From Longimicrobiales bacterium (GTDB lineage Bacteria > Gemmatimonadota > Gemmatimonadetes > Longimicrobiales > Gaopeijiaceae), in contig OZ242008.1 in assembly GCA_965204735.1 (NCBI GenBank), forward strand, positions 512,001 to 576,000: a stretch of 64,000 bases of DNA, given 5' to 3'. The notes beneath the pieces are model-generated. The model saw nothing but the letters and a program-made list of their open reading frames with translations. It did no database searches and was not told where the DNA came from. Shown here piece after piece: positions 1 through 9,800 of the stretch; position 1 is the first letter of the stretch, and every line of letters starts with the position of its first letter. Made by a program: the position numbers and the translations under genes.

Positions 1-1
1 C

Positions 2-241
2 TTCCGGCATCGCGGCTGCTACCTGACGCCCACGGCCTTGGGGGCAGTCCGGTCGGCGACGCCCAAGCCGGCGCCCGCGCCCGCGACGGCCAAGCCCAGG
101 CCCAAGCCGCCGAAGCCGGGAAGGGATCACCCATGGCGCAAGCACTTCAGCGCCAGCGTGGCCCAGGCCATGGCCAAGCGGGAACACCGCGCCGCCCACT
201 CCAACGGGACCGGTCCCGAGCGGTGCAGGACCTCGTCCTGA
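2..241 (+). CDS. C-terminal end of an ISNCY/IS1202-like transposase (5' part outside window)
   Basis: Open frame from base 2 reads FRHRGCYLTPTALG...KPRPKPPKPGRDHPWRK. The Pro/Lys-rich tail with DHPWR is typical of these transposases, and an IS-like end follows. Confidence 0.65.
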   Translation, partial: FRHRGCYLTPTALGAVRSATPKPAPAPATAKPRPKPPKPGRDHPWRKHFSASVAQAMAKREHRAAHSNGTGPERCRTSS

Positions 242-616
242 GCCCGCAGGCGGGGACGGCGGATCGCACTTCCCTTCCCGCAAAGGTCGGACGCGACCGC
301 AGTGTCGGCATCCGTGCCTCCGAGGCTTGCCGGCGCTGCGCAGGTCGCTCGGCGCACCACGACCGTCCGAGCTGGCAAGCTCAGTGCGAACTGCGAGCCA
401 TCGGGGCAGCAGTGTCCGGACCCGTCCGCGTTGGCCTCCACCCGGCCAGAGCTTGGCCACGGCGACGATCTCGACTCGCCCGGCCGCCACTGGCCTCGAA
501 GCGCCCGGAACAGGGTGCCCGGCGCCGTCCAGCCCAGGCTTGCTGGAGCCGTGCGTCCTGCGCCCAACACCTGGCCCCCGGCTTCAGGAAGAACCCACCG
601 TCCACACCATCAGGGG

Positions 617-666
617 GGACATTTCTACTTTGGCCAACTACCGGACATTTCTACTTTGGCTTGACA
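617..666 (+). mobile_element. Right end of ISNCY/IS1202-like element with tandem subterminal repeats
   Basis: GGACATTTCTACTTTGGC occurs twice (617-634, 643-660), followed by TTGACA (661-666), a TGT...ACA-type terminus. Confidence 0.75.
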
Positions 667-758
667 CTCCGTGCCATGAGATCCTTGCCGAAACCAACTC
701 GCGACCGCAGTATAGTCCCGCCTCGCTCAACAGCCAACTCCAATCGGCGACATACCAC

Positions 759-1345
759 TAGAATCTATTTCAAAAACATGAAGTGGTTGCCGGGCACCTT
801 GGAATTGGGTATCTTCAGGCATGATGCACGTGACGCTGAGCGACGAGCAGTGGGAGCGGATTCGCCACCACTTCCCGGAGGAGTCCAAGCCGAAGCGACG
901 GCGGGGCGGCCTATTGTGCCGGCCCGGCGCGTCTTCGAGGCGGTGCTGTGGATTCTGCACACCGGCGCGCAGTGGAGCTTCCTTCCTCAGTGCTATCCGA
1001 ACTACAAGACCGTGCACCGGAGATTTCAGGCCTGGGTCCGGACAGGAGTGCTCGAAGATGTGCTCAAGGACTTGGCGGACGAAGCGAAGCAACGGGGTCT
1101 GTTCGACGGATCGAAGGCGTACGTCGACGCGTCGTTCGCGCGGGCGAAGGGTGGCGATGCGGGCGTGGGAAACACCAAGGCGGGCAAGGGCGTGAAGATC
1201 ATGGCGATCGTGGACCGTTGCGGGCTTCCGCTGTCGTTGAGCACGCATCCTGCGAATCCGCACGAGTCGACGCTCGTGCAGCTGTCGCTGGACTTGGCGT
1301 TCGCGGAGGACGAGCCTGCGAACCTGATCGGCGACAAGGCGTGGC
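759..1345 (+). pseudogene. Decayed IS5-family transposase (frameshifted, 3'-truncated) with probable left end
   Basis: 821 MMHVTLSDEQWERI...RRRGG shifts frame near 905 into RPIVPARRVFEAVLWILHTGAQWSFLP...TVHRRF...YVDAS...GVKIMAIVDRCGLPL...LIGDKA, then similarity stops before the last DDE Glu. Candidate left end TAGAATCTATTTCAAAAA at 759-776. Confidence 0.85.
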
Positions 1346-1441
1346 CCCGGGCGGGGTGTCACGAAGGACCGACCAAAGCAAATTGAATGAGTTTTCGACG
1401 AATGAAGCTGTACGCTAACTCCCACCAAAACGGAGGCGGTA

Positions 1442-1915
1442 ATGTCTGAAGAAATCAAGATCGGCAAGGATGAACATTCAAACGAGCGTGACGAGCTGAA
1501 GCGCTTGTCTACGTACGGCGACCGTATGATGTCGTCCAGGGACCCTGGCCCGGGTATCATACAAGGTATTAATGCTTTGGTTCGGGCTGTTGCCAACGCC
1601 GCATTGTTCATCGGCGATCGTTTGGCCGTATCGAACGAACCAACCGATACCATATTCGAATACAATGTGGAAGACGACCTCGACGACACAAAATACGGAA
1701 TAGAAGGAATGCGAGAAACCATTGAAATCGTTGTGGCTGAAATACCGCTCGGCGAAACGATTCTGCTTACCAAGCTCCGTAACGACTTGTCCAAGCGTGC
1801 CGGCGAACCGTGTTATTTCGATACGGCTACGTTGGCGGCGAGTTTGTCCGCTTGGACGGATGCTGAAGTACAGCAGGACAATCGCGGACGTTGGACGGCA
1901 AAACGAACAATGTAG
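1442..1915 (+). CDS. Hypothetical acidic protein, 157 aa, low GC
   Basis: GGAGG RBS at 1432-1436 before ATG; protein-like composition; no recognised motif. Confidence 0.6.
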   Translation: MSEEIKIGKDEHSNERDELKRLSTYGDRMMSSRDPGPGIIQGINALVRAVANAALFIGDRLAVSNEPTDTIFEYNVEDDLDDTKYGIEGMRETIEIVVAEIPLGETILLTKLRNDLSKRAGEPCYFDTATLAASLSAWTDAEVQQDNRGRWTAKRTM

Positions 1916-2132
1916 TGACGAGCAGCGACACGGAAAGGGGGCGGGAGGACTACTGTGGCATTTCGCGCGTCCGAGTTGAGACACCATTACTGTCGGAGGG
2001 GCCCGTCCCGTCCAGTGCCGGCGCACTGCTCCTGCGCCAGGCGGCGGAGGCGGGAAAGTTCTTCCGCCTGCTTCCCGGACCCGAACCGCGTCAAGCCCTC
2101 GGTGAGTGGAAGATTCGGCCCCGAATCCCCAG

Positions 2133-3296
2133 TCAGTCCAACGAAAAGAATCCTCTCTTCTCCGCCCATTCCCGACGCACTTCGTCGCCGGCCTGGAGGA
2201 GCAGAATGTCCAGCTCCTTGGCTCGCCTTCCTCCCCTGCCGTGGTGGCGAGACACTCCTTCGCTGGGGGCGGCCGATGGGCGAACGAAGAGGTCCCGACT
2301 GGGCCACACGCGGCGAAGCACGCCCTGACAGATCTCGGCCGTGAGCCGGCGCTGGTCGCTACGGACCAGAACGGGAGCCGATTCCTTGACGTGTCTTCGG
2401 GCGGCGGAGAAAACATCCCGCAACAGCCCTTCGTAGCTCTCTCGATTGCCGAACTTCGCGGCCTTCTTCCAGTTCTTGCGTAGTGGGTGACCCAGCATCC
2501 ACAACCTGATCCAGTGGTCGTTCCAGTAGTCGGTGACGCCAATGTACGGCGGGGAGGTCAGCAACAAGCCGGCTTCCATGTCGTCTTCGTCCCGAAGCAC
2601 TTTCCGAGCGTCTCCCAACTCCGCCCGCCCAGTGGCTTGCTTGGGGGTCCTGTACTCGTACCGACGTCGAATCTTGCTATCGAGCACGGCGACGGGATCA
2701 ACATCGGGGGGAGTCACAAGCCCACGACTGGTCCACCACTTGACGGCATAGGTCGGGGAACATGCAATCGTCGGCCAAAGATGATTCGAGAGCCCGGAGC
2801 CACGCTTGTCCTGCATGTGGAGCGTGACGAAGCCCATGAGCGTACGGTCAACGTCGTTCGTCTTCCAGTCCAGCTCGCGACGGGCGGCCCGAAGGAAAGC
2901 CCGGACCCCGGGAGACCACGCCATCCGTTCGAACCGACTCCGACCTCTGCGGTCGCCTGGACGACAAGCGCGGCCAATCTCGGCCAGTCGAACGAGCACA
3001 TGGTCCAACGCCCGTGCCGGCCTCAATTTGGCCTGCGTAAAGACCCATGCCAAAGGATTCACGTCGATGCCGACGCTGGGGCGTCCGAGCACCGTGGCTG
3101 TGTACGGACCGTTGCCCCGTCCACAAAACGGGTCCAAGACAAGCTCGCCAGCCCGAGTGACGCCCTTCACGATCTCGTGGGCAAACTTGGCCGGGAACAT
3201 GGCGTAGTATCGACCGAAGCCGTACCATCGGTACTCGGCGGTGTTGCGTGCCCAGGGAGACGCCCCCGACGAGCCCACCGATGATCCAGGCTTCAC
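2133..3296 (-). CDS. Amino DNA methyltransferase, SPPY type (probable m4C, alpha-like motif order)
   Basis: YYAMFP; motif I VLDPFCGRGN; GIDVNPLA; motif IV LLLTSPPY later in the chain. GTG start overlaps the NurA stop (GTGA). Confidence 0.85.
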   Translation of the reverse strand: MKPGSSVGSSGASPWARNTAEYRWYGFGRYYAMFPAKFAHEIVKGVTRAGELVLDPFCGRGNGPYTATVLGRPSVGIDVNPLAWVFTQAKLRPARALDHVLVRLAEIGRACRPGDRRGRSRFERMAWSPGVRAFLRAARRELDWKTNDVDRTLMGFVTLHMQDKRGSGLSNHLWPTIACSPTYAVKWWTSRGLVTPPDVDPVAVLDSKIRRRYEYRTPKQATGRAELGDARKVLRDEDDMEAGLLLTSPPYIGVTDYWNDHWIRLWMLGHPLRKNWKKAAKFGNRESYEGLLRDVFSAARRHVKESAPVLVRSDQRRLTAEICQGVLRRVWPSRDLFVRPSAAPSEGVSRHHGRGGRRAKELDILLLQAGDEVRREWAEKRGFFSLD

Positions 3297-4606
3297 GGTG
3301 CCAGCGCGTGAATGAGATCGGTCCCGCGTCGCAACGGTATCGCTGCCCGGCTGTGCGCCCTCCGCAACGCCAGAAACTGGTGGTCTCCGACGCCCAGGGG
3401 TCCGGCGGTGGCCAGGGCGTCTGCGAGCACCTTCGGCGGTTCGGCTTCGGTGAGGGGTGGATCGGCCTCGGGCTGGGCGAGGTTCAAGACAAGCCGCCGG
3501 CCCGAGTCGGTCTTGAAGACAACCGGACGCCCGAAGTAGGTCAGCTCACCCCAGGGCTTCGAGCCTTCCTCCATGCGCCCGGCGATGATGTTCTCCCGAA
3601 TGTATTCATTGTCGGGCAACCAGACATGGTTGTTGGGAATCTGTCGGTCGGGTGCCGGGCCTCGGTCGAGCTCCTCCGCGTGCTCGACGAACGGGCCGCT
3701 CTTTACCCCCGACATGACAAGCACGTGACTTCCCGGGTGGTCCTGTTGCATTGCCCGTTGAACTTCCCTGAGTTGATTCCGGACCGCCCGTGCGAGGACC
3801 GCAATCGTCCCAAACGCGGCAAGCGGCCCGTCCATGACGAACGCTGTCTTGGCAATCGCCCTCCGTCCGGCCCGCGACCCTGCCAAGTAGCGCAACGTGT
3901 TCATGAGAGCAAGAATCTCCAGTGCGTCGCGCACCCTGTTGTGGCACTGGACGGCCGACGAGTTCTCCAAGAACTGAGTATGGATTCGAAGTCCGTCAGC
4001 CAGGTATATCGGTTCGCCGCAGGCAGTGCATCTTCCGATTCCACCGGCAGGCGGAACGTCAACGCCCGGCTGCTCGCAGCTCGGGTTCGGGCACTTGATG
4101 GTCCTCATGTCGGCCAAGAGCGAATCAAGCGTCTCGGCAAACGTCTCTCCACCAAAACTGGCAGCAGCCAGTTCGCCATTGACGATTTCCCTGAACCACG
4201 TTCTCGGGTCGGTACCGTCCTTCTTGGCCGCATTCCGTCCTGGAAGCAACAGTCCAAGGCAGTCCGGGTCCTCGGTTGCGCGAAGATCTCGAGGATTCGA
4301 GGCCCCGCTGTCGGGAAGGTGTTCCAGAGATGCCAGCTTCTCGGTATCGATCACCACCATGCCGAGGGACACGACGCCGGCTTCGGTACACGGCAGGGCT
4401 CCAGGAATCGGAGCATGAACGTTCGACCCGTCGATCGCCAAGATGTGGGTTCTCGAGGCGCCCGCTGGAGTTGGCTCGAATCTGGGCAGGGGCAACGGCT
4501 CGCCAGTGTGCCGAGCCACCATGTCGCTGCGGAAGTCCTCCAGCAGGCCGCTGTCAGCAATTGCCCGAATCACGTCGAGTCCGGCTCTTTCGTCGTGGTA
4601 CGGCAT
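3293..4606 (-). CDS. NurA-domain nuclease with inserted Zn ribbon
   Basis: ILAIDGS and FVMDGPL acidic motifs, VMSGVKS, CPNPSC...CTAC insertion; 15 bp downstream of the HerA-like gene. Confidence 0.8.
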   Translation of the reverse strand: MPYHDERAGLDVIRAIADSGLLEDFRSDMVARHTGEPLPLPRFEPTPAGASRTHILAIDGSNVHAPIPGALPCTEAGVVSLGMVVIDTEKLASLEHLPDSGASNPRDLRATEDPDCLGLLLPGRNAAKKDGTDPRTWFREIVNGELAAASFGGETFAETLDSLLADMRTIKCPNPSCEQPGVDVPPAGGIGRCTACGEPIYLADGLRIHTQFLENSSAVQCHNRVRDALEILALMNTLRYLAGSRAGRRAIAKTAFVMDGPLAAFGTIAVLARAVRNQLREVQRAMQQDHPGSHVLVMSGVKSGPFVEHAEELDRGPAPDRQIPNNHVWLPDNEYIRENIIAGRMEEGSKPWGELTYFGRPVVFKTDSGRRLVLNLAQPEADPPLTEAEPPKVLADALATAGPLGVGDHQFLALRRAHSRAAIPLRRGTDLIHALAP

Positions 4607-4621
4607 CTTGATCGCGTCTGG

Positions 4622-6781
4622 CTATGACTTGGGGTCTGCCTGCGAGACATTAGCGGCACCGATCCAGAACTTGGCAAGCTGGATAGGCACTGTGTAGCCC
4701 TGCGACAGCGTGCGTATCCGCACGAAACCCGGCTCACTGACCTTGCCCATCTGGTCGAGAAAATCGGCAAAGTCCATGTATCCAGAAATGACCTTGCGCT
4801 CTTGCTCGGAGTTCAGGTAGGACAGAATCCAGTTGTCCGTCTCGCTGAGTATCTCCGGCATGATCGAACTCGGAGCCTGTGTTGCCAGAACCATGCCGAT
4901 ATTCATCTTGCTTCCCTCCTTCGCCGTCCTCGCCCACACGGTCTGGAGCGTGTCGGCCTTGTTCGCGCTCGGGAGCAAGTTGTGAGCTTCTTCTACGTAG
5001 ACGAGGATATGATCCTTCATCGCATCGCTGCCCTCTGCGTGAGAAGCCGATCGCGACGAGTCCCGAAACAAATCCTGTTGAGACCGAAATATCTTCCACA
5101 TGACTCGCTCGGCCGCGTTCCGATTCTGCTGCGGTTCTCCGCTCGACTGGTCGATGATCACGAGCTTGCCCTTTCGCAGATCGGCGACCACGTCGTCAAC
5201 AAAGTCAACGGATGAGTCCGCATCATGCTGCTCCTTTGCACGCTGGAAGGCTCTCGGTCCGTTGAGCGACTCGAATATTCGGATTACGCTACTGAGCCGG
5301 GAGTCAGCCCAGCTCTCTCCGCTACCGCCCTTGCGGCTCGTGTACTCTTGGTCGAAGGACTTGAAGGCACCACTCGTGTCCCGTATGAATCGATCCAACG
5401 CCGTAAAGATGATCCCGAGCTGGTGCCACGTAACCTGACCTTGCCCTCTATTGGTGGTGGCATTCTTGAGAATCCCGGCTGCGCTTCTATACTCAGGAGC
5501 ATGATTGGACTTGTCGTTTCTGTCCGAGCGCAAGGCGTCGATCAGGCCCTTTCCGAACAGATGAGCAACAGAAGGCTTCCACGATGGCGGCTCGAATCCA
5601 GCTTGGTACAAAGCGGTTTGGTAGGCGAGGATTGCCCTTGCGTACCGAATCCGCTGGCCTCGATTATCGTCCGATGTGATGTTGGGAGGCAAGGCTAGAT
5701 CAGCATCTCGAAACGCGCTGGTGTATCGTACGCTCTCGCCCTTCATGATGGCTTTGATGATCTCGCGTCCGGCTATCAGTTGATGCAGTGCTCTGTGAAC
5801 CTGGCCTTCATCCCATCTCGCGCTTGGGCTCGGGAGTTCGTCACCATAGAAGTTCATCTTCATTAGCTTTCTCGACTGGTCCCATTCGGGCCGGAACAGT
5901 CCATAGGTCGTAACTTCGGCGTCTCTGTCGAGTCCGGCCACTTCGTGAATTCGATGCAGCCCCTTTCCGTCTTGAGGGTTGTCCTGGGCGTATTCCCCGT
6001 TCAAGTCGAATATGAGCTGTCCAACCCTGTGCGTGGGATCACTTTCTCGAAGCCGATAGACCGATTCGGCGACGACCTTGAGGCCGTTCGACTTCCCGGA
6101 TCGGGACATGCCGAGATACACCGTCCTGCGCTTCAACATGTCGGTTGCGTTCAGGCGAAAGTCCGCCCTCACCGCCATATCCGACTCCGCCGCCGCAAAC
6201 CGAGTCTGGCCGATGGGACGCGAGGGTTGGTCAGAGAGAATGTCGTTGCTGCGGTGGCGGTGGTTGACGATCAGCTCGAGCGTAACGGCGTCGGGCTTCC
6301 AGGCCATGAGCTCATGGACGGAGTAGTAGTTGTCGATGTCCTCCGCATACCGATAGCTACCGTCATCACCGACGATGAATGTACCAAGCACGGTGCACTC
6401 CAGGGCATGGAGCGATATTTGATCCCGAACCCACTCGTCGAGCTCTCCAGCCCACGGGCTTCTGTTGCCAGACCGTTCAATCCCCTTCTGTCGTGTCTCG
6501 TCGCTGGCAGCCGAGGTGGGAAGGCGCGCTTCCCGCTGGACTCGCAAGAGTATGAAGCTTTCGTCTCCCGCTTCCTTGGCCGCAAGGAGGAACATACTTC
6601 TGGGAAGGCCGCCCGCCTTCTCTCGGTCGAAGTCGAATACGGCCACGATGGCCTTCGTGTACGAGATAGTGTAGACGCTGCCAACGCGGGTCGCTCGGTT
6701 TCGGAACGACGGTGGCGGAGTCGCTGGCCGGCCGGCAGTTTCCTTGAGTCTGTCGAGAATGTGGCCTTCTTGATCGTTCAT
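4622..6781 (-). CDS. HerA/FtsK-family ATPase (DUF87-like)
   Basis: Walker A GMSRSGKS, LIFDLNGEY, Walker B VYVEEAHNLLP, AKEGSK and MVLATQAPS motifs; beta-rich N-terminal region consistent with a HAS barrel. Confidence 0.9.
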   Translation of the reverse strand: MNDQEGHILDRLKETAGRPATPPPSFRNRATRVGSVYTISYTKAIVAVFDFDREKAGGLPRSMFLLAAKEAGDESFILLRVQREARLPTSAASDETRQKGIERSGNRSPWAGELDEWVRDQISLHALECTVLGTFIVGDDGSYRYAEDIDNYYSVHELMAWKPDAVTLELIVNHRHRSNDILSDQPSRPIGQTRFAAAESDMAVRADFRLNATDMLKRRTVYLGMSRSGKSNGLKVVAESVYRLRESDPTHRVGQLIFDLNGEYAQDNPQDGKGLHRIHEVAGLDRDAEVTTYGLFRPEWDQSRKLMKMNFYGDELPSPSARWDEGQVHRALHQLIAGREIIKAIMKGESVRYTSAFRDADLALPPNITSDDNRGQRIRYARAILAYQTALYQAGFEPPSWKPSVAHLFGKGLIDALRSDRNDKSNHAPEYRSAAGILKNATTNRGQGQVTWHQLGIIFTALDRFIRDTSGAFKSFDQEYTSRKGGSGESWADSRLSSVIRIFESLNGPRAFQRAKEQHDADSSVDFVDDVVADLRKGKLVIIDQSSGEPQQNRNAAERVMWKIFRSQQDLFRDSSRSASHAEGSDAMKDHILVYVEEAHNLLPSANKADTLQTVWARTAKEGSKMNIGMVLATQAPSSIMPEILSETDNWILSYLNSEQERKVISGYMDFADFLDQMGKVSEPGFVRIRTLSQGYTVPIQLAKFWIGAANVSQADPKS

Positions 6782-6851
6782 GTGGGTTGCCCGGCTGGTG
6801 TCGAGTGTCGTCGTCGATGCATGTCAAGCGCAGAGGAACGTAACGAGGTGG

Positions 6852-9800
6852 TCAAGCCCCGGACGTGGGGCTTGAGGAGGCGGACCGACCGAGACGCTGG
6901 TCGAACGTGGCCCACGCTCGCCGGTAATCGCCCTCCCGATCTGGTCGTGAGAACGGTGCGTGGTATTCGATGATACGTTCGATTGGGCCACCGGGCTGCG
7001 TGTCGTCGATGACGGCGCGGCTGACGACGCCTTCCTTGAGGTCGCGGATGTCATTCCAGCCCAAGGAAGTGCGGATCGGTTGTCTATCGGCGGGTGTGCG
7101 AATCTCGTAGCTACTACTATCGTTCTTGGCTGCTGTACGAGGAAGGCCGACGCCCGGGAGACCTTTCGACGGCGTGAAGACGATGCGGCCGTTGGCGTCG
7201 TACCAAGTATCGGTCTCGTATTGGCGCATGACCGGGAACTGGACGCGGTAGATGGTGAGGAGTTCTTCCAGCGTAAGGCCGAGAGCCATGGCGGAAAGGA
7301 TGTCGATCTCGACGAGGGCTTGGCGGCGGGCATAGTCGGTGCGGAGGGCGTTGCCGTAGCGCCAGTTGTGAGTGAGGGTTGAGAAGTCGTTCGGAAGGCG
7401 GGGATCGAAGGTGGTCCAGGAGTCGGCGAGAAAGAGGTCGGTGGCGGGAAGGCCGGAAGCCCCAGGGTTGGTCGGTGAAGGGATGAAGGAGCCGAAGGCG
7501 GCCTTCCACAGCTCGGCGTAATGTGTGGTGAGGCAGCAGAGACGAAGGACACGGATGCGGAGTGCGGCGCGGGCAGCCGGAACCGTATGCCCAGCGAGCA
7601 CGGGAAGACGGTGGAGCGACGTCGCGTTTACGTTACCGGCTCCGGTGGTCTTGACAAAAAAATCAAGCACTATTGTCATGGATAGCGCAAGGAAATCCAG
7701 CATGTCGCACAGGCTCTTGAATGCGCTGGCAACGCTGGCGTGCACGTGAGCCGGTCCTGAGGATATGATGGCCGTGATCAACGTTCTCTCTGCGGAGGAC
7801 CCGACCATCTGTCGGTTTACTATCCGGTAGTTATCCACCACTCGCGGGTGCGTCCCAGTCTCGTCCTTCCATGACACTCGCGGCGTCCGATCATCGTACT
7901 CGTCTAGAGCACATGCAGGCACGTAGTTGGTCCTCGGCAAGTAATCCTCCGGCAAAGTCGTAAGGTCCAGCACATCGTAATGACTGTTCAACGTGCATTT
8001 CTGGCGCGGTGTCTTGTTGAGCGGATTCCCGACGAAGAAGTGTGGCCCAGACAGCACCAGCTCGCTGGATGTTTTCGGGAATCGCGTCTCGCGACGAATC
8101 GTGCCATCACGCTGGGCCCCGGTCTCGTGCCAATGGAGAGTGAAGAAGACGTCGTCCCCCAAGTCCTCCAGCCGCCTCGGATGGGCTGCCAGCTTTGCCA
8201 GGGCACTGAGCAACGTCTTGGCGTGAAGCGCGGGAAGTCTGGCTTGATGGGACGGCGTTCCTTCCTCGTCGTAGAGCTTGGCGAAGTTGCCGAGGGCATC
8301 CAGGTCCACTTCAAGCACACGCTCGGCGTGCCCGGCCACATTCCACTTGCCCTTGTCATCCTTGATGCCGGGCACCGGGCCGTGGCCGTCGTGCTCCATG
8401 CAGGCGTCCACAGTCTGCGGCTGGAACAGATTCGCGATGTGCTGAAACGCTGGCTGTCGGGGCAGGCCTCCGTACACGTTGACGCTGAACTTAGTGTGGT
8501 GGTGGACTTCCGGGAACAGCCGCTTCTCGTTCTGGAACTGGAAGTGCGCCCGCAACCTGGGATACAACGCTTCGCGGAACGCACCACCCTTCGGATCGTC
8601 GTACACGCCGTCTGGATGCAGGAGCCCCGTCACGCCGCCGTCCTGCCGAGCCGCCATCCATGCCGACGGCAAGAAGCACTTGTACAGGTTCGTCTGCTGG
8701 CCCTTCAGCAACGGATAGTTCTGTACTCCGTTCAAGAAGGCCTGCGTCGCGTCGGCCTCCTCCATCTCGTCCAGCCACGCCCCCTGCAAACCCTCGTACC
8801 GATGGAACGCTGACCCTCGCAACTCGGTCACGTCCTTCGCCGACACCCTCCGCAACACCAGTGCCGGATTCTTCTCCCCGAGCACGCCCTTCTCCTGCCA
8901 CTCGACCTTCACCCACGGAGGATTCCCCAGCACCAAGTCGAACCCGCCCCGCTCGGCGAACAAGTCCGCGAACGCCAGCTCCCAGTGGTGGAACCGGTGC
9001 CGTTGCGCCAGCTCGTTCACGAACCGCAGCCGGGGGAACTCGGCGAAGAGCTTCTGAAGGTCCAGCATCCCGGTCTCGTTGGTGATCCGCCGGGCCATCT
9101 CTTCGGCGTGCTGGGCGTACTCGGCGCCGAAGAGGTCGTCGATCTCGTCGGGGCCGACGCCGGGCTGCTGAACGGCACCCGTCAGCACCAGGCTGATCTC
9201 GGACAGGAACTCGTCGCGGCGGGGCAGCTGCGCGGCCTCGCGGATCGGCCAGAACCACAGTGCGCACCAGTAGTCCATCACCAGCTTCAGGCGGCGATAA
9301 GGACTGGCAGTCCGCACGCCGTCGCCGTCACCGAAGATGCCTTGGGCGCGGATGCGGTCCTTCCACGTGTTGCTGGTGCGGCGCGGATGCGCGGAGGCGG
9401 GCTGGCCCCACACGGGCAGGGTGTCTTCGGTCTCCCTGTGGTCGCGGCCCAGCTGCTCGGCGTGCATCGCCCAGAGTTCGTCGACCTTGTCGGAGAGCAG
9501 CTCGAGCTTGGTCGTGTCCTCGGCGGAGAACGCCTTGAAGAAATCCAGTCGCCAAAGACGGATGCGCTCGAAGTTGGCCGCCTCCATCGCCTTCGCGGCC
9601 TTGTCCTTGTAGCCCACCATCCCGGGGTCCGGCAGCAGGAAGTGGTAGATGGTCCCGGGCGGACGGTGCGCCTCCGGCCCCGGCTCCACCCGCTCCGGCG
9701 CTTCGTTGAACCACAGGTCCGCCTTCTTCTGGCCTTTCGCCTTGCGCACCTTCTTCGCCGGATACACTTGCCGGCGCGCGCCCACCAGCGAGTTGCCGCA

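Noticed and set aside
661..716. Outward hybrid promoter from the IS-terminal TTGACA
   Set aside because: No -10-like hexamer 16-18 bp downstream; TATAGT at 711 is too far away.
1357..1385. TGTCA at 1357 (and TGTCAAGC at 6822) as a second IS end
   Set aside because: Match to the IS terminus is only 5-8 bp and lacks the subterminal repeats.
133..1386. 417-aa ORF as an intact transposase
   Set aside because: It runs across the IS end; only ~905-1345 is transposase-like, and the true N-terminus is in another frame.
7656..7662. A7 tract in the MTase as a phase-variation switch
   Set aside because: Short, in frame (DFF codons), and inside an AT-rich block where it is expected by chance.
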